Positions 40,420 to 51,028 are shown, counted from the stretch's first letter. The stretch: DNA of 64,000 nt from Cycloclasticus sp. (GCA_012959695.1 DUCS01000009.1:72016-136015), one strand, 5' to 3'. Program-made: numbers and translations. Notes: generated from the sequence alone by a model not told the origin.

Positions 40420-41397
40420 ATGTTGTTAAATATTGCCGGTTTATTGACTGGTTTTTTATTTTTGATTTTCTCTGCCGATTATTTCGTCAAAGGCACCGCC
40501 GCAATTGCCCGAAATTATGGCATTTCACCGCTCATTATCGGCCTAACTATCGTTGGACTCGGCACCTCCGCCCCTGAAATGCTAGTCGCAGGTTTGGCAT
40601 CATGGCAAGGCAATACTGGGCTTGCAACCGGTAACGCTATTGGCTCAAATATCGCGAACATCGGCCTAGTCTTAGGCGCAACAGCCCTTGTCGCACCCAT
40701 CTTAATTAAATCATCCATCCTTAAACGCGAATTGCCTGTTCTGTTAGCCATTTCCATGGCCAGTTATTTATTAATTATTGATGGCCAGTTATCACGCTTA
40801 GACGGCTTTATTTTATTATCTGGCCTAGCCGCTTTCATGTATTGGTTGTTACGTAGCGCCAAACGAAGCAAGGCGAATGATATTGACGCGCTTGACGTTG
40901 AGTTTAGCGAAGACATACCAACCGACCTCTCTAACTCAAAAGCTTTTTTCTTCTTTTTAATCGGCTTAATTGGCCTAATTGCCAGTTCAAAGTTGCTCGT
41001 GTGGGCCGCTATTAACATTGCTGTTGCCTTTGGTGTTAGTGATTTGGTCATTGGTTTAACCATTGTCGCCATCGGCACTAGCTTGCCAGAGTTAGCCGCA
41101 TCTATTGCCAGCGTATTGAAAAAAGAGCCTGACCTTGCGATAGGCAATATCATCGGTTCTAACGTATTTAATCTGTTGGCCGTGCTTTGTTTGCCAGGCC
41201 TTATTCACCCAGGGGCTGTTGACAGTCTGCTCGTTTCGCGCGACTTTCCCATCATGTTAGGCTTTACAGTATTGTTGTTCTTTTTCGCCTATGGATTTAA
41301 CAATCAAGCGACAATCAATCGTTTGAAAGGTGGCTTGTTTATGCTATTTTTCATCTCTTACCTCGGCAAGGTATACTTAGACACCATCGGAATCTAG
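40420..41397 (+). CDS. yrbG: Calcium/sodium antiporter (YrbG)
   Basis: Duplicated alpha repeats GTSAPE/GTSLPE with GN.IGSN. Synteny with kdsD. Confidence 0.92.
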   Translation: MLLNIAGLLTGFLFLIFSADYFVKGTAAIARNYGISPLIIGLTIVGLGTSAPEMLVAGLASWQGNTGLATGNAIGSNIANIGLVLGATALVAPILIKSSILKRELPVLLAISMASYLLIIDGQLSRLDGFILLSGLAAFMYWLLRSAKRSKANDIDALDVEFSEDIPTDLSNSKAFFFFLIGLIGLIASSKLLVWAAINIAVAFGVSDLVIGLTIVAIGTSLPELAASIASVLKKEPDLAIGNIIGSNVFNLLAVLCLPGLIHPGAVDSLLVSRDFPIMLGFTVLLFFFAYGFNNQATINRLKGGLFMLFFISYLGKVYLDTIGI

Positions 41398-41409
41398 CTT
41401 ACTCAACGC

Positions 41410-42393
41410 ATGCCTAATAAAAGCAACCACAAAGACCAGCTCAAACAACTTGGCCTAGCTGTTATAAAAACCGAAGCACAAGCGATTTCAAACCTCGAAA
41501 ATCGTATTAATGAGAACTTTGTTCACGCCTGCGAGTTAATGCTCAAATGCGAAGGAAAAATCGTCGTCATCGGCATGGGGAAGTCTGGGCATATTGGCAA
41601 TAAAATTGCGGCTACTTTAGCGAGCACCGGTACACCCGCTTTTTTCGTGCACCCTGGAGAAGCCAGCCATGGTGACCTTGGCATGATCACTAAAAACGAT
41701 GTGGCCTTGGCGCTGTCAAACTCCGGTGAAACGGGTGAAGTCCTGACCATTTTGCCCATTTTAAAACGCTTAGGCATCCCGTTAATTTCTATCACTGGGA
41801 ACCCTGAATCGACACTCGCCACCATGTCAGACGCAGCAATTGATGCAAGTACAGATAAAGAAGCTTGTCCACTTGGGCTAGCCCCCACTTCCAGCACCAC
41901 AGCAGCGCTCGTTATGGGTGACGCACTGGCCATCGCGTTACTTGAAGCCCGCGGTTTTACTGAAGAAGACTTCGCCTTATCACACCCCGGTGGCAGCCTA
42001 GGTAGACGGCTATTGCTCCACGTCAGCGATATCATGCACAAAGGGGACGACATTCCCGCCATTGAAGAAACAGCCTTGGTGAGTGCAGCACTGATTGAAA
42101 TGACTGAAAAAAAACTAGGCATGACCGCTATCACAAATCAGCAAGGCCAGTTGACCGGTATTTTTACGGACGGCGACCTACGGCGAATGTTAGAAAATAG
42201 CACCGATATCCATACCACCGACATTCAAAGCGTGATGACTCGTGGCGGGTCTACTATTTCATCCGATAGGTTAGCGGTGGAAGCACTTAAAATCATGCAA
42301 GATAAAAAAATCAACGCGCTGCTCGTGACGGATAATAATAAACTCGTCGGTGCGCTTAATATGCACGACATGCTGAAAGCAGGACTCTCATGA
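41410..42393 (+). CDS. kdsD: Arabinose-5-phosphate isomerase
   Basis: GMGKSGHIG, HPGEASHGDLG, LAPTSST and a C-terminal CBS pair. Confidence 0.96.
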   Translation: MPNKSNHKDQLKQLGLAVIKTEAQAISNLENRINENFVHACELMLKCEGKIVVIGMGKSGHIGNKIAATLASTGTPAFFVHPGEASHGDLGMITKNDVALALSNSGETGEVLTILPILKRLGIPLISITGNPESTLATMSDAAIDASTDKEACPLGLAPTSSTTAALVMGDALAIALLEARGFTEEDFALSHPGGSLGRRLLLHVSDIMHKGDDIPAIEETALVSAALIEMTEKKLGMTAITNQQGQLTGIFTDGDLRRMLENSTDIHTTDIQSVMTRGGSTISSDRLAVEALKIMQDKKINALLVTDNNKLVGALNMHDMLKAGLS

Positions 42394-42929
42394 TCGAGCT
42401 GACTGATGATTTCCAACAACGCGCAAAAGACATACGCTGTGTTATTTTTGATGTTGATGGTGTGCTCAGCGATGGCAAATTATTTTTTGATCTAAACGGT
42501 CAAGAATACAAGTCCTTTCATGCACAAGATGGCCAAGGCCTTAAATTACTGCAACAAAACGGTATTGACGTCGCCATTATTTCTGGTCGCTCGTCATCCA
42601 TCGTTGACAGACGCATGAAAAGTCTCGGCATTAGCCACGTGTATCAAGGACAAGAAAACAAAGTTGCCGCGTTCGATGATTTACTCACTAAGTTAGGGCT
42701 TAATGGTGACCAAGTAGCGCATGTTGGCGATGACTTACCGGATCTTGCGTTAATGACTCGCGTTCGGCTGGCGATTGCTGTTAACGATGCGAACCCATCT
42801 GTACTTGAATTTTGCCAAGGACAAACAACTCGTCAAGGCGGGCAAGGTGCCGCACGCGAGGTTTGCGATTCGATTTTAGCTGCACAAGGCAAACTGGACA
42901 TGGCCGTCAAGTTATTCACCGATGCATAA
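42390..42929 (+). CDS. kdsC: KDO 8-phosphate phosphatase
   Basis: FDVDGVLSDG HAD motif, GDDLPD and GGQGAARE. Confidence 0.96.
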   Translation: MIELTDDFQQRAKDIRCVIFDVDGVLSDGKLFFDLNGQEYKSFHAQDGQGLKLLQQNGIDVAIISGRSSSIVDRRMKSLGISHVYQGQENKVAAFDDLLTKLGLNGDQVAHVGDDLPDLALMTRVRLAIAVNDANPSVLEFCQGQTTRQGGQGAAREVCDSILAAQGKLDMAVKLFTDA

Positions 42930-42938
42930 CGACCACTA

Positions 42939-43496
42939 ATGAAGTACTTAGGAAAAATAGCTCTGGCAATATTAGCGGCAGGCACTTGGTGGCTAGCCTT
43001 TATACAAGAACCTGAGACGAATGCTCCGACAGCAAAACTCGGGCATAAAATCGATTACTTTTTAAAAGACTTTGATGTTCTCAGCATGACATTAAGCGGC
43101 AAAAAGAAACAGCGTATTCAAGCTGAATATATGCAGCACTTCGTTGACGACGACAGCACTGAACTGACCAAACCAGTAATGACCATGTATACGCCCGGCA
43201 AACCTGACTTACATATTAATTCTGAAACTGGCTACATTTCTTCCGACGGCGAACTTGTTTTGCTCAATGGCGCTGTCAATATCAAACGAGATGCGCTAAA
43301 AAACATTGCGCCAATGGAAATCGACACGCATAATCTGCGCGTTCAATTACTGAATGATTTCGCAGAAACAGACGAGTTCGTGAAAATTAAATCCGGCGCC
43401 AACAGGATCGAAGGCACGGGACTACGCGCACATTTCCGTGAACCGATCAATATAAAAATACTGGAACAAGTACGAGGCCGACATGAAATTAATTAA
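42939..43496 (+). CDS. lptC: LPS export protein LptC
   Basis: N-terminal TM segment and beta-jellyroll pattern. Synteny kdsC-lptC-lptA-lptB. Confidence 0.92.
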   Translation: MKYLGKIALAILAAGTWWLAFIQEPETNAPTAKLGHKIDYFLKDFDVLSMTLSGKKKQRIQAEYMQHFVDDDSTELTKPVMTMYTPGKPDLHINSETGYISSDGELVLLNGAVNIKRDALKNIAPMEIDTHNLRVQLLNDFAETDEFVKIKSGANRIEGTGLRAHFREPINIKILEQVRGRHEIN

Positions 43497-43983
43497 ATGT
43501 AACATTGCTCTTATCACGCTAGCGTTAATGGCCTTTTCATCTCCCATTTGGGCACTAAGCTCAGACAAGCAAAAGCCAGTTGAAGTTGAAGCCGACAGTT
43601 TTAATCTCGATGATTCAAAAAAAATTACCGTCTATTCTGGCAACGTCATCATCACCCAAGGCAGTATGGAAATCATGGCCGACAAAGTGACTATTTATGG
43701 CGCACGCGGAACCACAGACAAAGTCATCGCCATTGGTAAACCGGTCAAATTCAAACAACAACCTGATGGCAACCAAGCACTTACTCGAGGTGAAGCAAAA
43801 CGCTTTGAATATTTAGTCTCTAAGGACACGTTGATACTCGTTGATAAAGCGACCCTATGGCAAGGCGGCAATACATTTTCCAGTGACCGAATCGTCTATG
43901 ATAGCAAACGCTCAATCGTAAAAGCAGGCGATAAAAAATCCGGTTCTAAGCGCGTTAAAATCATATTACAACCCGCTAAATAA
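43483..43983 (+). CDS. lptA: LPS transport periplasmic protein LptA
   Basis: [27 protein letters not shown] and RVKIILQP. Confidence 0.95.
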   Translation: MKLIKCNIALITLALMAFSSPIWALSSDKQKPVEVEADSFNLDDSKKITVYSGNVIITQGSMEIMADKVTIYGARGTTDKVIAIGKPVKFKQQPDGNQALTRGEAKRFEYLVSKDTLILVDKATLWQGGNTFSSDRIVYDSKRSIVKAGDKKSGSKRVKIILQPAK

Positions 43984-43985
43984 TA

Positions 43986-44711
43986 ATGAGCACGTTACAA
44001 ACAAAAGGCATTTGCAAACAGTTTAATAAACGCAAAGTTGTTGACCAAGTCAGTATTAATGTAAAAAGCGGTGAAGTGGTTGGTTTGCTTGGACCCAATG
44101 GCGCAGGTAAAACAACTTGCTTCTACATGACCGTCGGCCTTATAAAACCTGATAGCGGCCAAATTTTTCTTGATGATGAAGACATCACCTTGAGCCCAAT
44201 GCACGTTAGAGCGCGTCAAGGTGTCGGCTACTTACCTCAAGAAGCCTCTGTTTTCAGGAAGTTAACCGTAGAAGACAATATACGCGCCGTGTTACAAACT
44301 CGAATTGAATTATCACCGGGGCAACAAGAGCTTATTCTTGATGAGTTATTGCAAGAGTTTGGCATCAATCACTTACGCACCCAAAGCGCATTAGCACTCT
44401 CTGGCGGTGAAAGGCGACGGCTTGAAATTGCACGAGCCTTAGCGACTGAACCTCGTTTTATTTTACTTGACGAACCTTTTGCCGGTGTCGACCCTATCTC
44501 TGTTATTGATATTCAAAAAATCATTCACCACCTGTGTGAACGGGATATTGGCGTGCTAATAACCGACCATAATGTCCGTGAAACCTTAGACACTTGTGAC
44601 CGTGCATATATCTTAAATAACGGTTCCGTTATCACTGAAGGTTCTGCCGATGACATCCTAGAGCACCGTGAAGTACGGGATGTTTATTTGGGACATGAAT
44701 TTCGCATGTAA
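43986..44711 (+). CDS. lptB: LPS export ABC ATPase LptB
   Basis: [36 protein letters not shown] and TDHNVRETL. Confidence 0.98.
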   Translation: MSTLQTKGICKQFNKRKVVDQVSINVKSGEVVGLLGPNGAGKTTCFYMTVGLIKPDSGQIFLDDEDITLSPMHVRARQGVGYLPQEASVFRKLTVEDNIRAVLQTRIELSPGQQELILDELLQEFGINHLRTQSALALSGGERRRLEIARALATEPRFILLDEPFAGVDPISVIDIQKIIHHLCERDIGVLITDHNVRETLDTCDRAYILNNGSVITEGSADDILEHREVRDVYLGHEFRM

Positions 44712-44809
44712 TTTTTCAAAAAATATATTCCCCTTTATAAAATATGGTCTACACTTATCCATATGAGATGTAGATTCGTTTTAATTTTTACCTGTAACAG
44801 TCGGCGCCG

Positions 44810-46258
44810 ATGAGGCAATCATTACAACTTCGCATTGGTCAGCACCTGACCATGACGCCACAACTGCAACAAGCCATCCGCTTGTTACAACTATCCACCG
44901 TAGAACTCCAACAAGAAATTCAGACCGTGTTAGATAGCAACATGATGCTGGAAATTCCAGATGAAGAGTCAAATAGCGCCGAAGACAATTCGACGAACGA
45001 CACCGCATCAAATGATGAGAAAACCAGTGAAGGTTCGCAAGACCAATTGCCTGACGAGCTAGCCGTTGATACGTCATGGGACGAAATTTATGATTTAGCG
45101 CCATCGCCCGGATTAAGCCAATCAACCGACACGGTAACACCCGACCCCGGCAGCATAAATTCCGCCAAGCAAACACTCCACGACCACCTGATGTGGCAAA
45201 TGGAATTAACCAATTTTTCCGATACCGACCGTGCCATTGCCACCGCCATCATCGACAGTATTGATGACAATGGCTATCTGAAATCAAGCATCGAAGCGCT
45301 CCACCTGCATTTATCAGAACAAATTGAAGAACTCGAGCTTGATGAAGTCATCGCTGTTCTACACAAAGTTCAAACGTTTGACCCACTGGGCGTTGCAGCA
45401 TTGGACTTACAAGACTGTTTATTGATTCAATTGAAACAATTACCTGAGCATACACCGCTTCTCGCACTGACTATCGAGCTCGTTAGCGAACATATGCCCG
45501 CACTTGGCTCACAAGACAGTGCGAAACTTAAACGTCAACTGGGTATCGACGATGAAACACTCAGCGGCATTATTACGTTAATCCAATCGCTCAACCCTAG
45601 GCCTGGTTCTGGTGTTGATGAAAGCAGCGCTGAATACATCACCCCTGATGTCTACGTGATTAAAACTAAAAACAAATGGCAAGTCTCCATCAATGGTGAG
45701 GTTGCAACCAATATTCGCATCAACCCTTTGTATCAAGCCCTGATTAAACGCGGTGACAAAAGCGCCGACTCTCAAACCATGAAAAATCACCTGCAAGAAG
45801 CTCGCTGGTTTTTGAAAAGTTTACAAAGTCGCAATGACACACTGTTATTGGTATCGCAGGAAATTGTTAATCGGCAACAAGACTTTCTTGAGCACGGCGC
45901 TATTGCCATGAAGCCTATGGTGCTTCGAGATATTGCTGAAACCGTCGAAATGCACGAGTCCACCATCTCTCGTGTCACCACCAATAAATACTTACATACC
46001 CCCAACGGAATTTTCGAACTTAAACACTTTTTTTCAAGTCACGTCTCAACGGATAGTGGTGGAGAATGCTCTGCTACCGCTATCAGAGCGTTCATTAAAG
46101 AGCTCGTCGATAGCGAAAGTTCAAAAAAACCTCTCAGCGACAATAAAATCGCGATTATACTCAGTGACAAAGGCATCAATGTAGCGAGACGAACAATAGC
46201 AAAATACCGCGAATCTATATCAATTCCACCATCCAGTCAGAGGAAGCGGATCCTCTGA
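44810..46258 (+). CDS. rpoN: RNA polymerase sigma-54 factor
   Basis: MTPQLQQAIRLLQLS region I, HESTISR and the RpoN box VARRTIAKYR. Confidence 0.98.
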   Translation: MRQSLQLRIGQHLTMTPQLQQAIRLLQLSTVELQQEIQTVLDSNMMLEIPDEESNSAEDNSTNDTASNDEKTSEGSQDQLPDELAVDTSWDEIYDLAPSPGLSQSTDTVTPDPGSINSAKQTLHDHLMWQMELTNFSDTDRAIATAIIDSIDDNGYLKSSIEALHLHLSEQIEELELDEVIAVLHKVQTFDPLGVAALDLQDCLLIQLKQLPEHTPLLALTIELVSEHMPALGSQDSAKLKRQLGIDDETLSGIITLIQSLNPRPGSGVDESSAEYITPDVYVIKTKNKWQVSINGEVATNIRINPLYQALIKRGDKSADSQTMKNHLQEARWFLKSLQSRNDTLLLVSQEIVNRQQDFLEHGAIAMKPMVLRDIAETVEMHESTISRVTTNKYLHTPNGIFELKHFFSSHVSTDSGGECSATAIRAFIKELVDSESSKKPLSDNKIAIILSDKGINVARRTIAKYRESISIPPSSQRKRIL

Positions 46259-46289
46259 CATTTATCGTAACCACAACAGGAGAGTACAT

Positions 46290-46580
46290 ATGCAATTATC
46301 CATATCCGGACACCACGTTGATATCACCGATGCAATACGTGAATACACGACCTCTAAGTTCGATAAAATTAAACGACACTTCGATAAAGTGATTGATGTG
46401 CACGTTATTTTGACTGTCGAAAAATTAGAGCAAAAAGCAGAGGCGACGATCCAATTAAATGGCACAAAAGTTTTTGCTGAAGACACGCAAGAGAACATGT
46501 ATGCCGCTATCGACACATTAGTCGATAAATTGGACAGACAAGTGGTGAAGCATAAAGAAAAAATGAAGGCGCACCGCTAA
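46290..46580 (+). CDS. hpf: Ribosome hibernation promoting factor
   Basis: MQLSISGHHVDIT and MYAAIDTLVDKLDRQ. Directly after rpoN. Confidence 0.95.
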   Translation: MQLSISGHHVDITDAIREYTTSKFDKIKRHFDKVIDVHVILTVEKLEQKAEATIQLNGTKVFAEDTQENMYAAIDTLVDKLDRQVVKHKEKMKAHR

Positions 46581-46584
46581 ATAT

Positions 46585-46619
46585 AACAAGGGTCGGCTTT
46601 TCAGTCGGCCCTTTGTTTT
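46585..46619 (+). terminator. Terminator-like hairpin between hpf and rapZ
   Basis: AAGGGTCGGCT-TTTC-AGTCGGCCCTT (with G:U pairs), then TGTTTT. Confidence 0.6.
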
Positions 46620-46622
46620 CTC

Positions 46623-47477
46623 ATGAAGCTGATTATCGTAAGTGGCCTTTCTGGATCTGGAAAAAGCGTCACGTTAGACACATTAGAAGATGCCGGATTT
46701 TACTGTACAGATAACTTACCCGTTGCCTTATTAAAAGATTTTTCACAACTATTAAGTCAGTCCAAAAAACCTATTTTTAATCGTGCGGCTGTTGGCATTG
46801 ATGCACGTAACGATCCACATTCTCTCGACCAATTCGGCGACATCATTGAACAATTAAAAGTCGATGGTATAGATTATGAGGTTGTTTTTCTTAGAGCCAA
46901 TAAAGACAGCCTATTAAAACGCTTTAGCGAAACACGCCGCAAACACCCTTTATCAGACAGCAATACGTCTCTAAACGAAGCCATTGATCTTGAAATTGAA
47001 CGGCTCAATTTGATATCTGGGCACGCGAGTCTACAGATTGACACCACTCACACTAACCCCTATCAATTACGCGATATTATTCAAGACCGTGTTTGCCTCA
47101 AGAATAACAAGGCATTATCTTTGCAAATCATGTCGTTTGGCTATAAACACGGCGCGCCTAATGACGTAGACTTTGTCTTCGACTCACGCTGTTTGCCCAA
47201 TCCATATTGGGAGCCTGCTTTACGTCGATGCACTGGGCAAGATAAAGCGGTTATCGATTTTTTAGACCACTCTGGCCTTGTGCAGCATTATTTAGAAGAT
47301 ACAGCGCAATTTTTAACTCGCTGGGTACCTGAATTTATTAATACAAATCGCAACTATTTATCCATTGCGATTGGCTGCACAGGTGGTCAACATCGCTCGG
47401 TTTATCTCACCGAAAAACTCGCCCAACATTTAACCTTACAAGGTTTAAATATCATTACTCGGCACCGAGAATTGTAA
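46623..47477 (+). CDS. rapZ: RNase adapter RapZ
   Basis: SGLSGSGKS, DNLP, RFSETRRKHPL, SFGYKHG, LPNPYW and GCTGGQHRSV. Confidence 0.97.
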   Translation: MKLIIVSGLSGSGKSVTLDTLEDAGFYCTDNLPVALLKDFSQLLSQSKKPIFNRAAVGIDARNDPHSLDQFGDIIEQLKVDGIDYEVVFLRANKDSLLKRFSETRRKHPLSDSNTSLNEAIDLEIERLNLISGHASLQIDTTHTNPYQLRDIIQDRVCLKNNKALSLQIMSFGYKHGAPNDVDFVFDSRCLPNPYWEPALRRCTGQDKAVIDFLDHSGLVQHYLEDTAQFLTRWVPEFINTNRNYLSIAIGCTGGQHRSVYLTEKLAQHLTLQGLNIITRHREL

Positions 47478-47503
47478 TAACAACTCTCTTGTAAGCACCA
47501 TCC

Positions 47504-47542
47504 ATCATAATTAACAAAGCAGCATCGCTATGTTTAAGCTAG
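47504..47542 (+). pseudogene. Possible eroded remnant of npr/HPr
   Basis: Reads IIINKAASLCLS* at the usual npr position. It resembles IINK[LGLHAR]AAS without the phospho-His segment, but the match is very short. Confidence 0.3.
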
Positions 47543-47582
47543 AATATCTTGTGTTTACAGCACCTGATTCTCTATTATTCAA

Positions 47583-48941
47583 ATGTCAGCCTCACCAACA
47601 TATGAAAACACACATGAACACCTGCGCTTACTCGCCGGTAGTCTTGATAGTGGTGAGCTGTCACAAATTAAACAACAACTCAACGACCTACACCCGGCTG
47701 AAATAGCCAACCTTTTAGAATCATTACCACTGCATCATCGCCGTATAGTTTGGAACCTTACTAATCCTGACTATGCCGGTGATATTTTAGTTGAAGTTAA
47801 TGATCAAGTTCGACTAGGCCTCATTGAACAAACAGATAAAGAAGACTTGATTGCTGCTCTTGGTTCGTTAGAAACCGATGATTTAGCTGATATTTTTGAA
47901 GACATACCGCAAGCCGTTGTGCATGAAGTTGTTCGTTCATTATCAAATCAAGACAGACGTAGACTGAAATCAGTGATGTCTTTTGCCGAAGATACCGCCG
48001 GCGGTTTAATGAATCTCGACACGGTATCCATTCGGCAAAATGTGAATTTAGATGTCGTTTTAAGGTACTTAAGGCAACGTGGCGAACTACCCGACAACAC
48101 GGATAAATTATTCGTTGTAGATAAAGAAGACCACTATTTAGGTGTACTCAATATTTCCGACCTTTTAACAAAGCCCAGCAAACACACTGTGGCAGAGACG
48201 ATGATTACCGATCAGAAAGCACTTATCGCAACTTTATCGGATAACGATGTCGCGCTGTTTTTCGAAGATCATAACCTCGTATCAGCACCTGTTGTCGATG
48301 AAAACAACCGCCTACTCGGACGAATTACCGTAGATGACGTGGTCGACGTTATCCGTGATGAAGCTGACCGCTCGTTACTTAACCTTGCTGGTTTGGATGA
48401 AGACGACGACATGTTTGCGCCGGTAACAAGAAGCGCCAAGCGTCGAGCCGTATGGCTTGGAATTAACTTATTTACCGCCTTTCTTGCCGCGTGGGTTATT
48501 GGCCTATTTGCCGCCACCATTCAGCAAATTGTGGCGCTTGCCGTCTTAATGCCCATTGTTGCCAGCATGGGCGGTATCGCGGGCAGTCAAACCCTTATGT
48601 TGGTAATTCGCGGCATTGCACTCAACCAAATCGGTAAAACAAACTCGCGCTCATTACTTTGGAAGGAACTTGCAGTTGGCGCGTTAAACGGTGTTTTATG
48701 GGCTTGCGTTGTCGCTGTGGTAACCGGACTATGGTTTCAAAGCCAATCGCTGGGCTTGCTGATAGGTGCAGCTCTTATGATCAATTTAATTTTTGCTGCC
48801 CTGGCTGGCGCCACCATACCGCTGACACTGAAACGTATGAACATTGACCCAGCCATAGCCGGTGGCGTTATCCTCACCACCGTCACCGACGTGATTGGTT
48901 TTTTCTCTTTCTTAGGCCTAGCGAGTATTTTCCTTACCTAG
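47583..48941 (+). CDS. mgtE: Magnesium transporter MgtE
   Basis: LHPAEIANLLE, EDTAGGLM, a CBS pair, LMPIVASMGGIAGSQ and IDPAIAGGVILTTVTDVIG. Confidence 0.97.
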   Translation: MSASPTYENTHEHLRLLAGSLDSGELSQIKQQLNDLHPAEIANLLESLPLHHRRIVWNLTNPDYAGDILVEVNDQVRLGLIEQTDKEDLIAALGSLETDDLADIFEDIPQAVVHEVVRSLSNQDRRRLKSVMSFAEDTAGGLMNLDTVSIRQNVNLDVVLRYLRQRGELPDNTDKLFVVDKEDHYLGVLNISDLLTKPSKHTVAETMITDQKALIATLSDNDVALFFEDHNLVSAPVVDENNRLLGRITVDDVVDVIRDEADRSLLNLAGLDEDDDMFAPVTRSAKRRAVWLGINLFTAFLAAWVIGLFAATIQQIVALAVLMPIVASMGGIAGSQTLMLVIRGIALNQIGKTNSRSLLWKELAVGALNGVLWACVVAVVTGLWFQSQSLGLLIGAALMINLIFAALAGATIPLTLKRMNIDPAIAGGVILTTVTDVIGFFSFLGLASIFLT

Positions 48942-49094
48942 CTACCCCTGAAGAACTCTTAACTCATTAATAACAAAGAAGAAAGCATGCTTTAATGGTG
49001 AAATAGTTTTCAAGATAACACGCGTTGCCGCTTAAAACCTTGCAAACTATGAAGCCAAAACACCTGATAATCACCCTGATTTATATAAGAAAAA

Positions 49095-49293
49095 TGGCGG
49101 AGAGAGAGTCCGCTGGTAACCGCGTAATAAACTAACATTTCCTAACGAAAAATAACATAAACTAACGAGAACTATTGTTTTATGTCATTGTTTTACATGC
49201 CCTTTTTTTGCCCTTAACTTCTGTCCCTTAACGGAATTCATATAAACCGCTAAATGGTACCACTTACAAATTGTGGGACTGGATGAGGGACTG
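49095..49293 (-). mobile_element. Attachment-site scar: tRNA-Ser-type 3' end plus integrase arm-type repeats
   Basis: Minus strand CTCTCTCTCCGCCA (49108-49095) is a tRNA acceptor 3' end with CCA but no tRNA body. Direct repeats TGTGGGACTG/TGAGGGACTG at 49272-49293. CTAAC and CCCTTAAC repeats lie between. Confidence 0.7.
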
Positions 49294-49294
49294 T

Positions 49295-49381
49295 ATGGCT
49301 TCTAAAACAAAAGAATTATCAGACTATTTTACCAAAAAGTTAAAGCCTGCAAAAACCAAGACTTCTGAAAGGCTTAGTTAG
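49295..49381 (+). pseudogene. Truncated N-terminus of a P4-like tyrosine integrase
   Basis: MASKTKELSDYFTKKLKPAKTKTSERLS* starts right after the arm-type repeats and resembles the M..K.KELS....K.LKP start of integrase arm-binding domains. Confidence 0.5.
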
Positions 49382-49453
49382 ACAGGCTCCCTTTCAATTC
49401 AAACACAAATACTCCACCGTAATAATAAGTACAAACAGAACTTTTACATTTTA

Positions 49454-50755
49454 TTATTCTTCGTCGGTAAACGGTTTCTTTTTAGCCAAACGAAGTGCAA
49501 GCAACGTGGCAAGCACACCAGATAGTAAGTAATAACCTGCATACTCAGGGCCAAACCAAACGGTTAGGCTAATTGCAATAATAGGTGCGAATGCTGCTCC
49601 GAAGATCCAGCTAAGATCGGTGCTCAACAACACAGCTGTATAGCGATATTCTTTTTTGAACCTATGCGGAAGTGTTCCGCTTGATTGGCCAAAACATAAG
49701 CCAAACAAGGCATAACCAACCAACATAAATGACCAAGGGTTAGCCAAAAAGTCACCAATAAAGAAACTAAGGATGCCAACCATCACAAAAATTGTTACTT
49801 GGTAAGGTCTACGCCCGAAGCGATCAGACAATACACCCGACATGGCACATGTAAAAATTGCTACCACAGCACCTGCCACTTGGATTATCAATAAATCTGC
49901 AACAGGAACTTCGGAAAACAACTTGATATAACCGAGTGGGAAAATAGTAATAAGGTGCAGTAATGTATATGAAGCCAGTGGTAAATACGTCGCTAAGAGA
50001 ATATCCTTCCAATGCCTTTTTACAACATCTGCGGTAGGCGTTAGGCGTAACTGCAGCTGCTTCACTGCATTGTTATACCCTTCAGTTTGTACTAGGCGCA
50101 AACGGGTAAATAGTGCAACGACCTGTAATGCCAATACGACAATAAAAGGGAATCGCCAACCCCAATCAAAAAACTCTATGGGTGTTAGGTACTCAGTTAA
50201 TATGTAATAAACAGATGCGGCAATCGCAAACCCAATGGGCGCGCCCAATTGCGGAACCATCGCAAAGCGCCCTCTTTTTTCTTCGGGTGCATTCATCATC
50301 ATAATCATTGGCAAGCCATCTGCAGAACCACCAGAACCAATGCCTTGGCCGATACGTGCTATGCAAAGTAATATCGGCGCGACAATGCCGATTTCTTCAT
50401 AACTGGGTATAAAGCCGATGATAATAGATGATGCGCCTAACAAAAACATCGCCACAGTGATTCTCACGCCACGCCCCATTTCTTTGTCGATTCTACCGAA
50501 CACCAATCGGGCAAATGGACGCGTGAGAAAGGCTAAAGAAAACACACTAAATGAAATTAATGTGCCCGTTACTAGATCGTAATTTGGAAAATACACCTGA
50601 GGAAAAACCAGTGCACAAGCAATTGCAAAAACAAAAAAACCAAAATATTCAGATACTCGAGTCATGATGACCGTCGAGACTATTTCATGAGGCTTTAGCT
50701 CCTCAGAGTAAGCCGGTGATAACTCATCATGTTCGGTATGTGTAGTTGTATTCAT
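49454..50755 (-). CDS. MFS transporter (metabolite:H+ symporter type), cyo-associated
   Basis: SEYFGFFVFA, FLTRPFARLVFGRIDK.MGR, RIGQGIG, WGWRFPF and SDRFGRR. Divergent from cyoA. Confidence 0.9.
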   Translation of the reverse strand: MNTTTHTEHDELSPAYSEELKPHEIVSTVIMTRVSEYFGFFVFAIACALVFPQVYFPNYDLVTGTLISFSVFSLAFLTRPFARLVFGRIDKEMGRGVRITVAMFLLGASSIIIGFIPSYEEIGIVAPILLCIARIGQGIGSGGSADGLPMIMMMNAPEEKRGRFAMVPQLGAPIGFAIAASVYYILTEYLTPIEFFDWGWRFPFIVVLALQVVALFTRLRLVQTEGYNNAVKQLQLRLTPTADVVKRHWKDILLATYLPLASYTLLHLITIFPLGYIKLFSEVPVADLLIIQVAGAVVAIFTCAMSGVLSDRFGRRPYQVTIFVMVGILSFFIGDFLANPWSFMLVGYALFGLCFGQSSGTLPHRFKKEYRYTAVLLSTDLSWIFGAAFAPIIAISLTVWFGPEYAGYYLLSGVLATLLALRLAKKKPFTDEE

Positions 50756-51028
50756 TTCAACGCTTTAAATTTTATTATCTATATTATCCAATGATATTCC
50801 AGATTGACTATTTGTGCACCTAGAAAATCTCATCATTAACATCTCAATAGCCTACTCCTTATCGATCTACTTTCCTTGAAATTGCAGTTTTATTCCGATA
50901 TATTTAAAGGATTATGTAATATAATTTTGGTCGACTACCTTTTCTCCGTGTAACGGACTTTAAAAGAGAAGGCTTGATTAAACTTACATACACAGACCAA
51001 CACTATAAAACCCGCGGGCTGATTCAAT

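Noticed and set aside
49095-49185. Intact tRNA gene
   Set aside because: Only 14 nt of the acceptor 3' end match. There is no GTTCGA T-loop or cloverleaf next to it, so it is treated as an att fragment.
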